Origin: an uncultured bacterium
Lineage (GTDB): Bacteria; Patescibacteriota; Minisyncoccia; UBA6257; 2-01-FULL-56-20
Assembly (NCBI GenBank): GCA_963707865.1
Contig: OY970175.1
Location: 208,748 to 272,747 of the forward strand
Direction: 5' to 3'
Length of the DNA stretch: 64,000 nt
Position 1 is the first letter of the stretch. Each line of letters starts with the position of its first letter. The position numbers and the translations under genes were made by a program. This document shows positions 9,886 through 18,908 of this stretch, piece by piece. The notes beneath the pieces were generated by a model. That model saw only the letters and a list, made by a program, of their open reading frames with translations, was not told the DNA's origin and did not search any database.

Positions 9886-11376
9886 ATGCCAAGAGCGGGA
9901 AAGATACAAATTATCAGATACGCGCCGCCGCCGCCCGAACTGCCAATTTACGGGCAGGTGGATCCGGCAGAGGTTTCTTTTATCGGCCGCACGAACTATG
10001 TGGCCCAGCTTGAAGAAAAAAAGTTTGTGTTCGGCATCAAGCGGCACGACCGGCGGCGCCACTTTTATATCGTCGGCAAAAGCGGCGTGGGGAAATCCAA
10101 GCTGCTTGAGCTCCTTATTCGCCAGGACATTGCATACGGCCACGGGATATGCCTTATGGATCCGCACGGCGATGTGATCGAGGCTGTCATGGATTTTGTT
10201 CCGGAGAATCGCGTGAACGACGTGGTGATCATAGACCCTACCGATATGGGCTACCCGGCTTCATTTAACCCGCTGCAGAACGTGGATCCCAGTTTTAAGC
10301 ACCAGCTTGCGCAAGGATTGATTGAAGTGATGGAGAAGCAATTCGGCGCGAACTGGACGCCGCGCCTGGAGCACGTGTTTCGCTTCACTGTACTCGCACT
10401 CCTTGATTATCCGCACGCCACGATGCGGGGGATGATCTCCATGCTTACGGACCGCAACTACCGGCAGAAGGTGGTGGAATATATAGAGGACGACATAGTC
10501 AAACGCTTCTGGGCAATCGAGTTCGCCGACTGGTCGGAAAAATTTGATACGGACGCGATTATCCCGCTTGTGAACAAACTCGGCCAGTTCCTCTCCGACC
10601 CGCTTTTGCGCAACATTTTCGGCCAGAAAGAGAACAGAATCAATCTTGAGGAATTGATGGAACAGAAAAAATTGATTTTTATTAATCTTTCCAAAGGACG
10701 CCTGGGCGAAGAAAATTCCAGTTTTTTGGGCGCGATGTTCATCACGAAAATCAAGCAGGCAGGCATGGCGCGCGCTTCCATACCCGAAAAGGACCGCCAC
10801 GATTTTTATCTTTATGTGGACGAGTTTCACAATCTTGTTACAGAAACGTTTGAGAACATTCTCTCCGAGGCGCGGAAATACGCGCTGTGTCTTACGATCA
10901 CGCATCAATACATGGGCCAGCTCTTGCCGCGCGTGCAAGCGGCGGTACTCGGGAATGTGGGGAGCATCATAATCTTCCGCGTCGGCGGCGAGGACGCGGT
11001 GCACCTGAAGCCAGAAATGGCGCCGATCTTTGACGTGAAAGACATGATCAACCTCGGTACGCAGGAATTCTTCATCAAAATGATGATTGACGGTGAAAGC
11101 TACGATCCCTTTTCCGCGGAGACGCTTAAGGTGCTGCCGCCGCCGCATCGCTCGTTCCGTAAGGAGATTCTGGAACAGTCCCGGAAGAAATATACCATCC
11201 CCGCCGACGCCGCGAAGAAGCTTATTCAAGAAGAGGAGGCCACCATTCTCCGCAGCGCCCAGGAAAAAGCTATTATTGAAGGCAAGGCGAGGGGCAGCGG
11301 GGCGGGCACGGCGGGCGCCGGCGGCGGAGCTAAAGAAGAAGCGGCCGTAGACAAGACCCCCGAGCCTTTGATATAA
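9886..11376 (+). CDS. VirD4/TraG/TrwB-like (DUF87/HerA-FtsK clan) ATPase, copy 1
   Basis: Walker A GKSGVGKS, DPHGD, Walker B LYVDEF, SEARKY. Confidence 0.85.
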   Translation: MPRAGKIQIIRYAPPPPELPIYGQVDPAEVSFIGRTNYVAQLEEKKFVFGIKRHDRRRHFYIVGKSGVGKSKLLELLIRQDIAYGHGICLMDPHGDVIEAVMDFVPENRVNDVVIIDPTDMGYPASFNPLQNVDPSFKHQLAQGLIEVMEKQFGANWTPRLEHVFRFTVLALLDYPHATMRGMISMLTDRNYRQKVVEYIEDDIVKRFWAIEFADWSEKFDTDAIIPLVNKLGQFLSDPLLRNIFGQKENRINLEELMEQKKLIFINLSKGRLGEENSSFLGAMFITKIKQAGMARASIPEKDRHDFYLYVDEFHNLVTETFENILSEARKYALCLTITHQYMGQLLPRVQAAVLGNVGSIIIFRVGGEDAVHLKPEMAPIFDVKDMINLGTQEFFIKMMIDGESYDPFSAETLKVLPPPHRSFRKEILEQSRKKYTIPADAAKKLIQEEEATILRSAQEKAIIEGKARGSGAGTAGAGGGAKEEAAVDKTPEPLI

Positions 11377-11383
11377 TATAGGT

Positions 11384-11563
11384 ATGTTCGTGCACCCTGT
11401 CTTTTTTGTCATAGGCATTATTTTGGTTATTTATCTCATAGCGACTGATTTCCATGCGCATCGGCGCATCAAACATTTGGAAAAAACCGTGAGGAAGCTC
11501 GAGGGCATAAACGGGGTGGAACATTCAAAACCTCGCTGGGAGAAGAAGGAGGATCTCTCATAG
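11384..11563 (+). CDS. 59-aa single-TM protein (not in ORF track)
   Basis: MFVHPVFFVIGIILVIYLIATDFHAHRRIKHLEK...; TATAAT 6 nt upstream. Confidence 0.6.
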   Translation: MFVHPVFFVIGIILVIYLIATDFHAHRRIKHLEKTVRKLEGINGVEHSKPRWEKKEDLS

Positions 11564-11613
11564 CCATAGCGCGCGCGACCAACACCCCGCATTAAAAAAT
11601 TATTAAAAACTGT

Positions 11614-11643
11614 TTGACAGTGCTGGCTGACCTGCACTATAAT
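11614..11643 (+). promoter_or_regulatory. Consensus sigma70 promoter pointing antisense into the pemK/mazF 3' end
   Basis: TTGACA (11614-19), 18-nt spacer, TATAAT (11638-43). Confidence 0.7.
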
Positions 11644-11649
11644 GAGAAC

Positions 11650-11706
11650 GATTATTGGGATTTCCCACCGATCCCCGCCTCGCAAGAGGCGGGGTGAATA
11701 TTTTTA
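11650..11706 (+). ncRNA. Candidate short antisense RNA with two hairpins
   Basis: TGGG-ATTT-CCCA stem, then CCCCGCCTC-GCAA-GAGGCGGGG stem and T-run, directly downstream of the promoter. Confidence 0.4.
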
Positions 11707-12101
11707 AGGCCATAGGTGGTCGAGAGTGCGTCGGTGACTTTTGCGAACGATTCATCACTCAACGTTGTCAGCCTTTTTACAAGTCGCTTGCTATCAAAGG
11801 TTCTTATCTGGCTCAAAATTGCTGTATTAGTTTTGCCGCCCTGAGTTATCGGAAAATACCATCTGCCTTCTTTTGCCCGACTCGTGAGCGGGATGCCGAG
11901 AAATGAATTCGCGTTGAATTTTTTGAATATGATGACGGGGCGCGTGAACCGTTTGCCTTTGCCGTAAATCTCCACGCCGATGTTTATACCAATACTGCAC
12001 CACCAGATTTCGCCTTCCTTGAAAAGCGTTTTTGATGGCGCGCCGTGCAGTATTACTGCTGTTCGCCACCAGCCGATGAGTGTAAGAAAATATTGCAGCA
12101 T
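11652..12101 (-). CDS. PemK/MazF-family endoribonuclease toxin (no adjacent protein antitoxin)
   Basis: GEIWWCSIGINIGVEIYGK...RPVII...IPLTS...LSQIRTFDSKRL. Confidence 0.85.
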   Translation of the reverse strand: MLQYFLTLIGWWRTAVILHGAPSKTLFKEGEIWWCSIGINIGVEIYGKGKRFTRPVIIFKKFNANSFLGIPLTSRAKEGRWYFPITQGGKTNTAILSQIRTFDSKRLVKRLTTLSDESFAKVTDALSTTYGLKNIHPASCEAGIGGKSQ

Positions 12102-12171
12102 ATCGCCACGTTACCACATCGCCCATTAAAATTTCATAAAATACAGGGCCTAAAAGAGGTATACTATTTAT

Positions 12172-13962
12172 ATGACAAGCGAGACCAAAATTTGCCAAAA
12201 TTGCAAGCAATCCTTCGCGATTGAGCCCGAGGATTTTGCGTTCTATGAGAAAATAAGAGTTCCGCCGCCGACATGGTGCCCGGAATGCCGGCTCGTGCGA
12301 AGACTGTTGTTTTTCAATGAGCGGACGATCTATAAACGCCCTTGCGCCCTTTGCGGGAAGGATTTTATGTCTCTTTTTCCCAAAGAGTCGCCATATACGG
12401 TGTATTGCGATGCTTGCTGGTGGTCTGACAAATGGGATCCGCTCTCTTACGGCAAGGAAGTGGATTTTTCGCGGCCGTTTCTTGAACAACTTCATGAACT
12501 CTTCCGGCAAGTGCCGCAAATCGGGCGGAACGTCATCACGTCCACGTTCGTAAACAGCGACTATTGCAACGCCGCGTCGTATCTCAAAAATTGCTATCTT
12601 ATTTTTAATTCCGACTACGACGAGGACTGTATGTTCAGCACCTATTTGGAACGGAGCAAGAGTTCGTTCGACCTTTATATGTGCGACCATTGCGAGCGGT
12701 GTTATGAGGGAAGCAACCTTTTGAAGGACTTCAATGTCCGGTGGTCGGACAACTGCAACGAATGCATAGACGTTTCTTTCTCCAAAAATTGCATTGGTTG
12801 TTCCCATTGTTTCGGCTGTGTGAACCTCCACCGCAAGCAGTATCACATCTGGAATCAGTCGTACTCAAAAGAGGAATATTTCAAAGAGACTGCGAAGTAC
12901 GATATTGGTTCGTTTCGTGCGGTGGAGGAGTTCAAGAAGCGGAGCCGCGAACTTTCCCTGCGCTATCCAAAAAAGTTTGCCGAAGGGTTCCATAATGAAA
13001 ACGTAAGCGGGGATTATGTGTATAACTCAAAAAATACGTTCTGGAGCGACGAAGTGGGCGATTGCCGCGATTGCAAATTCTGCCAGTTTCTTTTCCTTTT
13101 CCCGACGAGCGATGCCTACGATTACACCATGTGGGGCATCGCGGAGCGGATATATGAATGCATGGGGGCAGGCGGGGGCGCGCGAGACGTGAAGTTTTGC
13201 ACCAACACATGGACCGAGCATATGAATGTGGAATATTCCAGGGACGTGTTTCTCGCAAGCAGCGACCTCTTTGGTTGCATAGCACCCAAGAAGTACCGGT
13301 TTTGCATTTTGAACAAACAATATTCCGAGGGCGAGTACCGCGCGCTTCGCGGAAAAGTGATCGCCCACATGGACGCCATGCCGTATGTGGATAGAAAGGG
13401 ACGTGTCTATAAATACGGTGAATTCTTTCCGCCGGAATTGTCGCCGTTCGGCTACAACGAAACAATTGCCCAAGCGCACCGCCCCCTCACAAAAGACGAT
13501 ACAGAGAAAGCCGGATTTCTCTGGCACCATCTGGAAGCGACCACCTATCAGCCGACCGTGCGCGCGGAAGAGCTCCCTGACAATATCAAAGAAGTTGCCG
13601 ATTCGATTCTGACCGAAGTGATTGAGTGCGCGCATAAAGGAAATTGCATCGATCAATGTCCCGGCGCTTTCCGAATCACACCCCAAGAGCTTGCATTCTA
13701 CCGGCAATCGCTCATACCGCTGCCGCGCCTGTGCCACAATTGCCGCCATTACGCCCGCCTTTTTTATCACAATCCGATTCTGCGTTTGTTCAAAAGGAAA
13801 TGTCAGTGTGGCGGTAGCGACTCGGCAAATGGAGTTTATAAAAACGCAGCGACGCATTTCCACGGCACCGCGTCCTGCCCCAACGGGTTTGAAACCTCCT
13901 ATGCCCCCGATCGTTCTGAGATCGTGTATTGCGAGCAGTGCTACAACGCGGAGGTGGTGTAG
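12172..13962 (+). CDS. Cys-rich multi-zinc-ribbon protein of a CPR-expanded family
   Basis: CQNC, PPTWCPEC, CALC, YCDAC, LCHNC and VYCEQC motifs; paralog at 62886. Confidence 0.75.
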   Translation: MTSETKICQNCKQSFAIEPEDFAFYEKIRVPPPTWCPECRLVRRLLFFNERTIYKRPCALCGKDFMSLFPKESPYTVYCDACWWSDKWDPLSYGKEVDFSRPFLEQLHELFRQVPQIGRNVITSTFVNSDYCNAASYLKNCYLIFNSDYDEDCMFSTYLERSKSSFDLYMCDHCERCYEGSNLLKDFNVRWSDNCNECIDVSFSKNCIGCSHCFGCVNLHRKQYHIWNQSYSKEEYFKETAKYDIGSFRAVEEFKKRSRELSLRYPKKFAEGFHNENVSGDYVYNSKNTFWSDEVGDCRDCKFCQFLFLFPTSDAYDYTMWGIAERIYECMGAGGGARDVKFCTNTWTEHMNVEYSRDVFLASSDLFGCIAPKKYRFCILNKQYSEGEYRALRGKVIAHMDAMPYVDRKGRVYKYGEFFPPELSPFGYNETIAQAHRPLTKDDTEKAGFLWHHLEATTYQPTVRAEELPDNIKEVADSILTEVIECAHKGNCIDQCPGAFRITPQELAFYRQSLIPLPRLCHNCRHYARLFYHNPILRLFKRKCQCGGSDSANGVYKNAATHFHGTASCPNGFETSYAPDRSEIVYCEQCYNAEVV

Positions 13963-13983
13963 CGAAGAAGGCCCGATAATTGT

Positions 13984-14985
13984 TGTTTCATGTCCGTACA
14001 TTTGTCCCCTCGATAGATTGAAGATATTCGACCGGCGTCTTTCCGGCAAGGGCAAGGTGAGGACAGATGGTATTGTACCAGGCACAGTAAGCGGCCTGTT
14101 TTTGTTTTGCCTCGGCCACGGTGCGGAACGCCACCTTGTTCCAGAACCGTTCCCGGTCGTTGCGGTGGGAACGTTCCACCTTGCCGTTCTGCGCGGGATG
14201 CCCGGGAGCGATGAGATAGTGGACCATCTTCTGTTTTGCGCAGGCGAGGTCGAACGGATGCAACCGCGGCTTCATGGGGTCAGCTGATTTCGGATATCCT
14301 ATGTAGCGATTCGTAAAGATGGATCCGTTGTCGGTCTTCACCGCACGGATGCGGAACGGTGCGGCCGCAATGACCCTTTCGAGAAACAGGATCGCGGTTC
14401 TCGTGGATTGTTCCTGGGTTACCCACAGATGCCGCCACCGGGTGCAGCAGTCGATCGCGGTGAACTGGTAGAGCCAGTTGCCCTTGAATTTCCTCACGTA
14501 GACGACGTCGATCTCCACCATCTCGCCGGGGAACGTGGCCGTCGGTTTCCACTTTTCCTTGGGCGTGAGACGCTTCTTCGTACGCGAGAGGCCTTCACGC
14601 TTCAATACTTTTGCAATGCCGCGTGCCGAGAGCCGCATGCCTTCGCGGGCGAGGAGGTGTACGAGCACGTCCGGACCGAGATCGGTCTCCGTTCTCATAG
14701 TCCGGATCTTTTTCACGATATCTCGCGAAAACTGTTTTGGGTGTGCGTGCGGCCTGCGCGATCTGGGCACGAGGGCGCTCGCCCCGCCACTGCGATATGC
14801 CGCCACCCAACGCTTCAGCGTACGGTATGAAAATGGTGCGTGGGCAGCAATGGCCTTGATGCTCATCTCTTTTTCAAGATGCGGCCTGATCCACCGCATT
14901 CGTTCCTCCGCTGCGTCTTTGGCAAGTGTTTGTGGCATATTCCCCAGCTTACGCTTCGAGGGGCCATATGTATGTGCAGAGTACC
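13984..14985 (-). mobile_element. IS481-family element
   Basis: Imperfect 30-bp TIRs (TGTTTCATGTCCGTACATTTGTCCCCTCGA / GGTACTCTGCACATACATATGGCCCCTCGA); candidate TTGT target duplication. Confidence 0.8.
13988..14938 (-). CDS. IS481-family transposase
   Basis: HTH; EIDV, TAIDCCTR, KTDNG and QNGKVERSH motifs. Confidence 0.88.
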   Translation of the reverse strand: MPQTLAKDAAEERMRWIRPHLEKEMSIKAIAAHAPFSYRTLKRWVAAYRSGGASALVPRSRRPHAHPKQFSRDIVKKIRTMRTETDLGPDVLVHLLAREGMRLSARGIAKVLKREGLSRTKKRLTPKEKWKPTATFPGEMVEIDVVYVRKFKGNWLYQFTAIDCCTRWRHLWVTQEQSTRTAILFLERVIAAAPFRIRAVKTDNGSIFTNRYIGYPKSADPMKPRLHPFDLACAKQKMVHYLIAPGHPAQNGKVERSHRNDRERFWNKVAFRTVAEAKQKQAAYCAWYNTICPHLALAGKTPVEYLQSIEGTNVRT

Positions 14986-15033
14986 TTGTTGACTGGCGAA
15001 ATCGCAGGAATCGTGGTATAATAGGAACAGAAC

Positions 15034-17022
15034 ATGGAGGAAGTTCCGGATAAAAACGTAATATATTTCGCACGAACCGATTTTCGCAATCAAGATCGGC
15101 TTTTTGGTATTAAGCGGAGCGACCGGCGCCAGCATATGTATGTCATAGGAAAAACCGGTACCGGCAAAAGCGCGCTCCTCAACAATATGGCCGTGCAGGA
15201 TATCGCGAACGGCGAGGGGCTTTGCGTGGTGGACCCGCATGGTGAGCTCGTGGAGGGGCTTATGAAAAGGATCCCGGAGGAACGGATGAAGGATGTCATC
15301 TATTTCAATCCGGCAGATACGGATTTTCACATCGGCTTCAACGTGCTGGAGCTGCCCGACCCAAAGTACAAGCACCTTGTGGCATCGGGACTCATGGGAA
15401 TTTTCACAAAGATTTGGGCGGGCGTCTGGTCGCCGCGCATGGAATACATTTTGAATAATTGCGTGCTCGCGCTCTTGGATACTCCGGGTTCCACGCTCCT
15501 CGGCATCCCTCGGCTTCTGACCGACAAAGATTACCGGCAGAAGATCATCGCGAACATAAAAGACCCCGTCGTGAAGGCGTTTTGGATCCACGAATTTGAA
15601 GGGTGGCAGGACCGGTTCAGGAACGAGGCCATCGCGCCGATACAGAACAAGGTGGGCCAATTCCTTTCCACCGCGCTTATCCGCAACATCGTCGGCCAAT
15701 CAAAGAGTACTGTGGACATTTTTGACGTGATGAACGAGGGAAAAATCTTCCTTGTGAATGTTTCCAAGGGTCGCATCGGGGAGGACAATTCTGCGCTCCT
15801 GGGCGCGATGCTTATCACGAAGATCCAGCTTTCGGCAATGGAGCGCGTGCGCGTCCCCGAGGACGAACGTGTGGACTTTTATCTTTATGTGGACGAGTTC
15901 CAGAACTTCGCCACGGATTCCTTCGCGGGCATCCTTTCCGAAGCGCGGAAGTACCGCCTGGATCTTATTCTCGCGCACCAATATATCGGCCAGCTCATCA
16001 CCGACACTTCGACGAGGGTGCGCGACGCGATCTTTGGTAACGTGGGAACAATGGTCACGTTCCGGGTGGGTGCTACCGATGCGGAGTTCCTGGAGAACGA
16101 GTTCACGCCTGAGTTCGTGATAGAAGACATCGTAAATCTTCCGAATTATTCCATCTATCTGAAGCTTATGGTGGACGGCGTGACGGCGCGCCCATTTTCC
16201 GCGGCCACGCTCCCCCCGCTTCAGGTGAAAACTTCCGCGATGGTAGAATCCGAGATCATCAGGATGTCACAGAAGCGCTACGCCCGGCCGCGCGAGGTCG
16301 TAGAGGAAGAGATCAATCGCTGGAGCGGCGTGATGGGACCGCCTGCGGCTACCAGTGCGGAAAAGAAAGGCGGAGATACGACGAGGTACGAAGCCGTATG
16401 TTCTTCATGCGGCAAGATGACGACGTTGCCGTTCGAGCCGACGCCGGGCCGGCCGGTGTATTGCCGCGATTGTTTGAAGAAAATAGAAGCAGGCGAACTT
16501 CAACCGATACGGGTGCCGCGCGCGTCAGTCGTACGCACGAGACCGCAGAAAAAATACGCAGATGATTTGAGTTATCTCGGCATTGAGTTCCCGGAGCAGG
16601 GAGCGCCGGCCGAGCTGCAGCCGGCGACGAGAAGGGCGCCGGTACCGGTGCGTCCCATGGGTTCCATGGATGGAAGGGGAGGGGCAGGAGCACCAATTTC
16701 CGGTTACGGGCCAAAAGCGGCCATGCCAACCTCTGTACCGGCCGCTGCGCCAGCCGCGCCGCCATCCGCCGAGCCGGCGGGGCGGACGCTTTCGCTATCT
16801 GAATTGAAATCGGCGGATCGGAGACCGAAGCTGAAGAAATCGCAACAACACGAGGAGATCAACATTTCCGAACTTCGGGAGGCAATCAAGGCATCATTGA
16901 GCGCAGATATCGGTGCGGGCTCCGCGCAGGCCGCCGAGGCGGAAAAAAGCGTCAGCGCTGACACCGATAAACGGGATGGCGAAGAAGACGGCAGCGACGA
17001 GGAGCGTGTGCGCCGCATTTGA
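15034..17022 (+). CDS. VirD4/TraG-like ATPase, copy 2, with CxxC-x17-CxxC zinc ribbon and low-complexity tail
   Basis: GKTGTGKS, DPHGE, LYVDEF, SEARKY; CSSCG...PVYCRDC. Confidence 0.85.
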   Translation: MEEVPDKNVIYFARTDFRNQDRLFGIKRSDRRQHMYVIGKTGTGKSALLNNMAVQDIANGEGLCVVDPHGELVEGLMKRIPEERMKDVIYFNPADTDFHIGFNVLELPDPKYKHLVASGLMGIFTKIWAGVWSPRMEYILNNCVLALLDTPGSTLLGIPRLLTDKDYRQKIIANIKDPVVKAFWIHEFEGWQDRFRNEAIAPIQNKVGQFLSTALIRNIVGQSKSTVDIFDVMNEGKIFLVNVSKGRIGEDNSALLGAMLITKIQLSAMERVRVPEDERVDFYLYVDEFQNFATDSFAGILSEARKYRLDLILAHQYIGQLITDTSTRVRDAIFGNVGTMVTFRVGATDAEFLENEFTPEFVIEDIVNLPNYSIYLKLMVDGVTARPFSAATLPPLQVKTSAMVESEIIRMSQKRYARPREVVEEEINRWSGVMGPPAATSAEKKGGDTTRYEAVCSSCGKMTTLPFEPTPGRPVYCRDCLKKIEAGELQPIRVPRASVVRTRPQKKYADDLSYLGIEFPEQGAPAELQPATRRAPVPVRPMGSMDGRGGAGAPISGYGPKAAMPTSVPAAAPAAPPSAEPAGRTLSLSELKSADRRPKLKKSQQHEEINISELREAIKASLSADIGAGSAQAAEAEKSVSADTDKRDGEEDGSDEERVRRI

Positions 17023-17046
17023 CATTTATGATCAACGGAGTATGCT
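17019..17046 (+). promoter_or_regulatory. sigma70-like promoter of leader peptide
   Basis: TTGACA, 16-nt spacer, TATGCT; ATG 7 nt later. Confidence 0.6.
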
Positions 17047-17053
17047 GAAAAAA

Positions 17054-17128
17054 ATGAAACATTTCGCCCCAAAGTTTTACTTTTGGTTTAGCACGCAACC
17101 TCTCTCGAAGAAGGGGCACTTTGTTTAA
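17054..17128 (+). CDS. Candidate aromatic-rich leader peptide MKHFAPKFYFWFSTQPLSKKGHFV
   Basis: FYFWF cluster followed by alternative hairpins. Confidence 0.55.
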   Translation: MKHFAPKFYFWFSTQPLSKKGHFV

Positions 17129-17151
17129 CCGCTCACGCACGATTTCCCAAC

Positions 17152-17186
17152 AAACAACCTCTTCTTCGGAAGAGGTTGTTTCGTTC
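17152..17186 (+). terminator. Attenuator terminator hairpin
   Basis: Perfect 13-bp stem AAACAACCTCTTC-TTCG-GAAGAGGTTGTTT. Confidence 0.7.
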
Positions 17187-17245
17187 TGACGGTCCATCTT
17201 CCGAAATGTTCGTTGTCATAAAAATAAATCCTGGAGGAAATTGCC

Positions 17246-17500
17246 ATGAATATGGTAGAGATTACGAAGATAGCGGAGACGTGGGTGGAAAGCATACCAA
17301 ACGAGAGACGGCCATCAGCATGTGACTCTCTACAAAGATTCTTTCCGGTGACGCGGGAACAAAAAGCCTATGCGATGAAAGGGAGCGGATTTCCTTTGCC
17401 GGAATGCATTACGACAAAGGAAACTTCGGAAGGGGATTTTCTGCGATTTTGGACCGCAGCCCGAAAGATCCTTGAGAACGGCAACAGCGGTGGTTCATGA
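17246..17500 (+). CDS. Hypothetical protein (84 aa)
   Basis: GGAGG SD upstream; followed by a hairpin/T-tract. Confidence 0.6.
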   Translation: MNMVEITKIAETWVESIPNERRPSACDSLQRFFPVTREQKAYAMKGSGFPLPECITTKETSEGDFLRFWTAARKILENGNSGGS

Positions 17501-17511
17501 GAAACGTTTAA

Positions 17512-17566
17512 CCCCTGGCGCATGCAAGTGCACGATTGCACACCGCGCCAGGGGAGTTTTATTTAT
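17512..17566 (+). terminator. Intrinsic terminator
   Basis: CCCCTGGCG...CGCCAGGGG then agttttattt. Confidence 0.55.
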
Positions 17567-17610
17567 GGGTGTATAATAGTGATAAAAGGTCGAAAACATA
17601 GACCACTTAC

Positions 17611-17901
17611 ATGGCGAAACAGGTCATTAAAAAGGGCGGGAAGCGCGAGCCGTTTCGGGCCGAAAAGTTGAAGAAGTCCATCCGCATGGCGTGTAAGGAT
17701 GCTCACTTGGGGTCGGTGCGTGCGAAGAGAGTAGTGACGAAAGTTGCCGGACCCGTCCTGCGCTTTGCGGCGAAACGGAAAGCGGTCAAGGTTGCGACGT
17801 TGCGGAAGAAAGTACTCGCAGGGTTGCGAAAGGTGGAGCCAGGCGCAGCGAAGGCATGGCTGCAGTACGAACGCCGGTATCGAGCCCGCAGGCGTCGGTA
17901 A
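17611..17901 (+). CDS. Stand-alone ATP-cone domain protein
   Basis: VIKKGGKREPFRAEKLKKSI ATP-cone start; very basic. Confidence 0.75.
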   Translation: MAKQVIKKGGKREPFRAEKLKKSIRMACKDAHLGSVRAKRVVTKVAGPVLRFAAKRKAVKVATLRKKVLAGLRKVEPGAAKAWLQYERRYRARRRR

Positions 17902-17922
17902 TGGTCGTGCGACGGGTGCACC

Positions 17923-17951
17923 AAAAAACGGCGCCCATGCGCCGTTTTTTT
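17923..17951. terminator. Bidirectional terminator
   Basis: AAAAAACGGCGC-ccat-GCGCCGTTTTTTT. Confidence 0.75.
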
Positions 17952-17961
17952 GATGGGACTT

Positions 17962-18843
17962 TTATTGCTCAAACCTGCTCCTAAAAAGATTCTGCAGATT
18001 TTGCAGTCGCCCAAAGAGTTGGTTCAAGCGGTTGCTGAATCCGTTTATACTGGAGCTCGTTATGCCGTTTTCGCTTTCGTTCCCGTTGTTCCCGCTACCT
18101 TCGTTCTTGCCGTTCTCTTTTCCCTTGCCGCCCAAAGGGCCATTGGGATTGCCGGATGGCGGTCCGGTCCGCAGAACGGTGATGCTGTAGTCCCGTACCA
18201 CATCCGCGTTCACGACTAGCGGGGAGCTTGTAGCAACCTGACCCGTAACGCCAAGCTGGTCGCCAGCTAAGAGCTGGCTCAAGCTGAACGTTCCGCCGCT
18301 ATTGCCTCCGCGGAGATAGAAATCCGGTCTTCGCCCGTTCGTGGAGCTTGAGACGTTCACTGTGTAGGTGATGCCCCACACTGTGCCCGTAAAGGAATTA
18401 CTGCCCACGCTTTGCACGATGAGATCGCGCGCAAGGAAGTTGCCGTTTGGACCAATTTGGAGCTGGGGCGAAAGATTGACCGAAACGTGTGTCGTTGTGG
18501 ACGATGTGCTGAAGTAGGTGATGGTCCCCGAGCATGAGCCGTTGGCCACGCTTGAAGAAGCATCCGTCACCCGCACCGATGCACTATAGGTGCTATTCGC
18601 CCCGTACGTTGCTGTGGTTGAGGTACTCGTGCTGCTCGCTACGCCCGCATCGCCCGACCAAAGGTAGGCGTAGGGAGCGACGCCGCCGCTCGCAGACGCC
18701 AACCAGGTTATGGTGTTGTTGGATACCGAAGCCGCGCACGTCGCTTGGAGCGCAGCCGTTTGGGCGCTCGCGAGGGATACGCCGACAATGATCGCAGCGA
18801 ACATAACAGTACCTGCCACGCCAATAATTAGTTTGTTGTTCAT
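17962..18843 (-). CDS. Secreted protein with PKD-like and OB-fold-like domains
   Basis: Signal peptide; SGGVAPYAYLWSG...VRVTDA PKD-like motif. Confidence 0.65.
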   Translation of the reverse strand: MNNKLIIGVAGTVMFAAIIVGVSLASAQTAALQATCAASVSNNTITWLASASGGVAPYAYLWSGDAGVASSTSTSTTATYGANSTYSASVRVTDASSSVANGSCSGTITYFSTSSTTTHVSVNLSPQLQIGPNGNFLARDLIVQSVGSNSFTGTVWGITYTVNVSSSTNGRRPDFYLRGGNSGGTFSLSQLLAGDQLGVTGQVATSSPLVVNADVVRDYSITVLRTGPPSGNPNGPLGGKGKENGKNEGSGNNGNESENGITSSSINGFSNRLNQLFGRLQNLQNLFRSRFEQ

Positions 18844-18908
18844 GCAATTGAATATAAATCGACCTTTCCGTCTTGATTATACGGAGGTCCCGTTGATTAG
18901 TTACGTCC

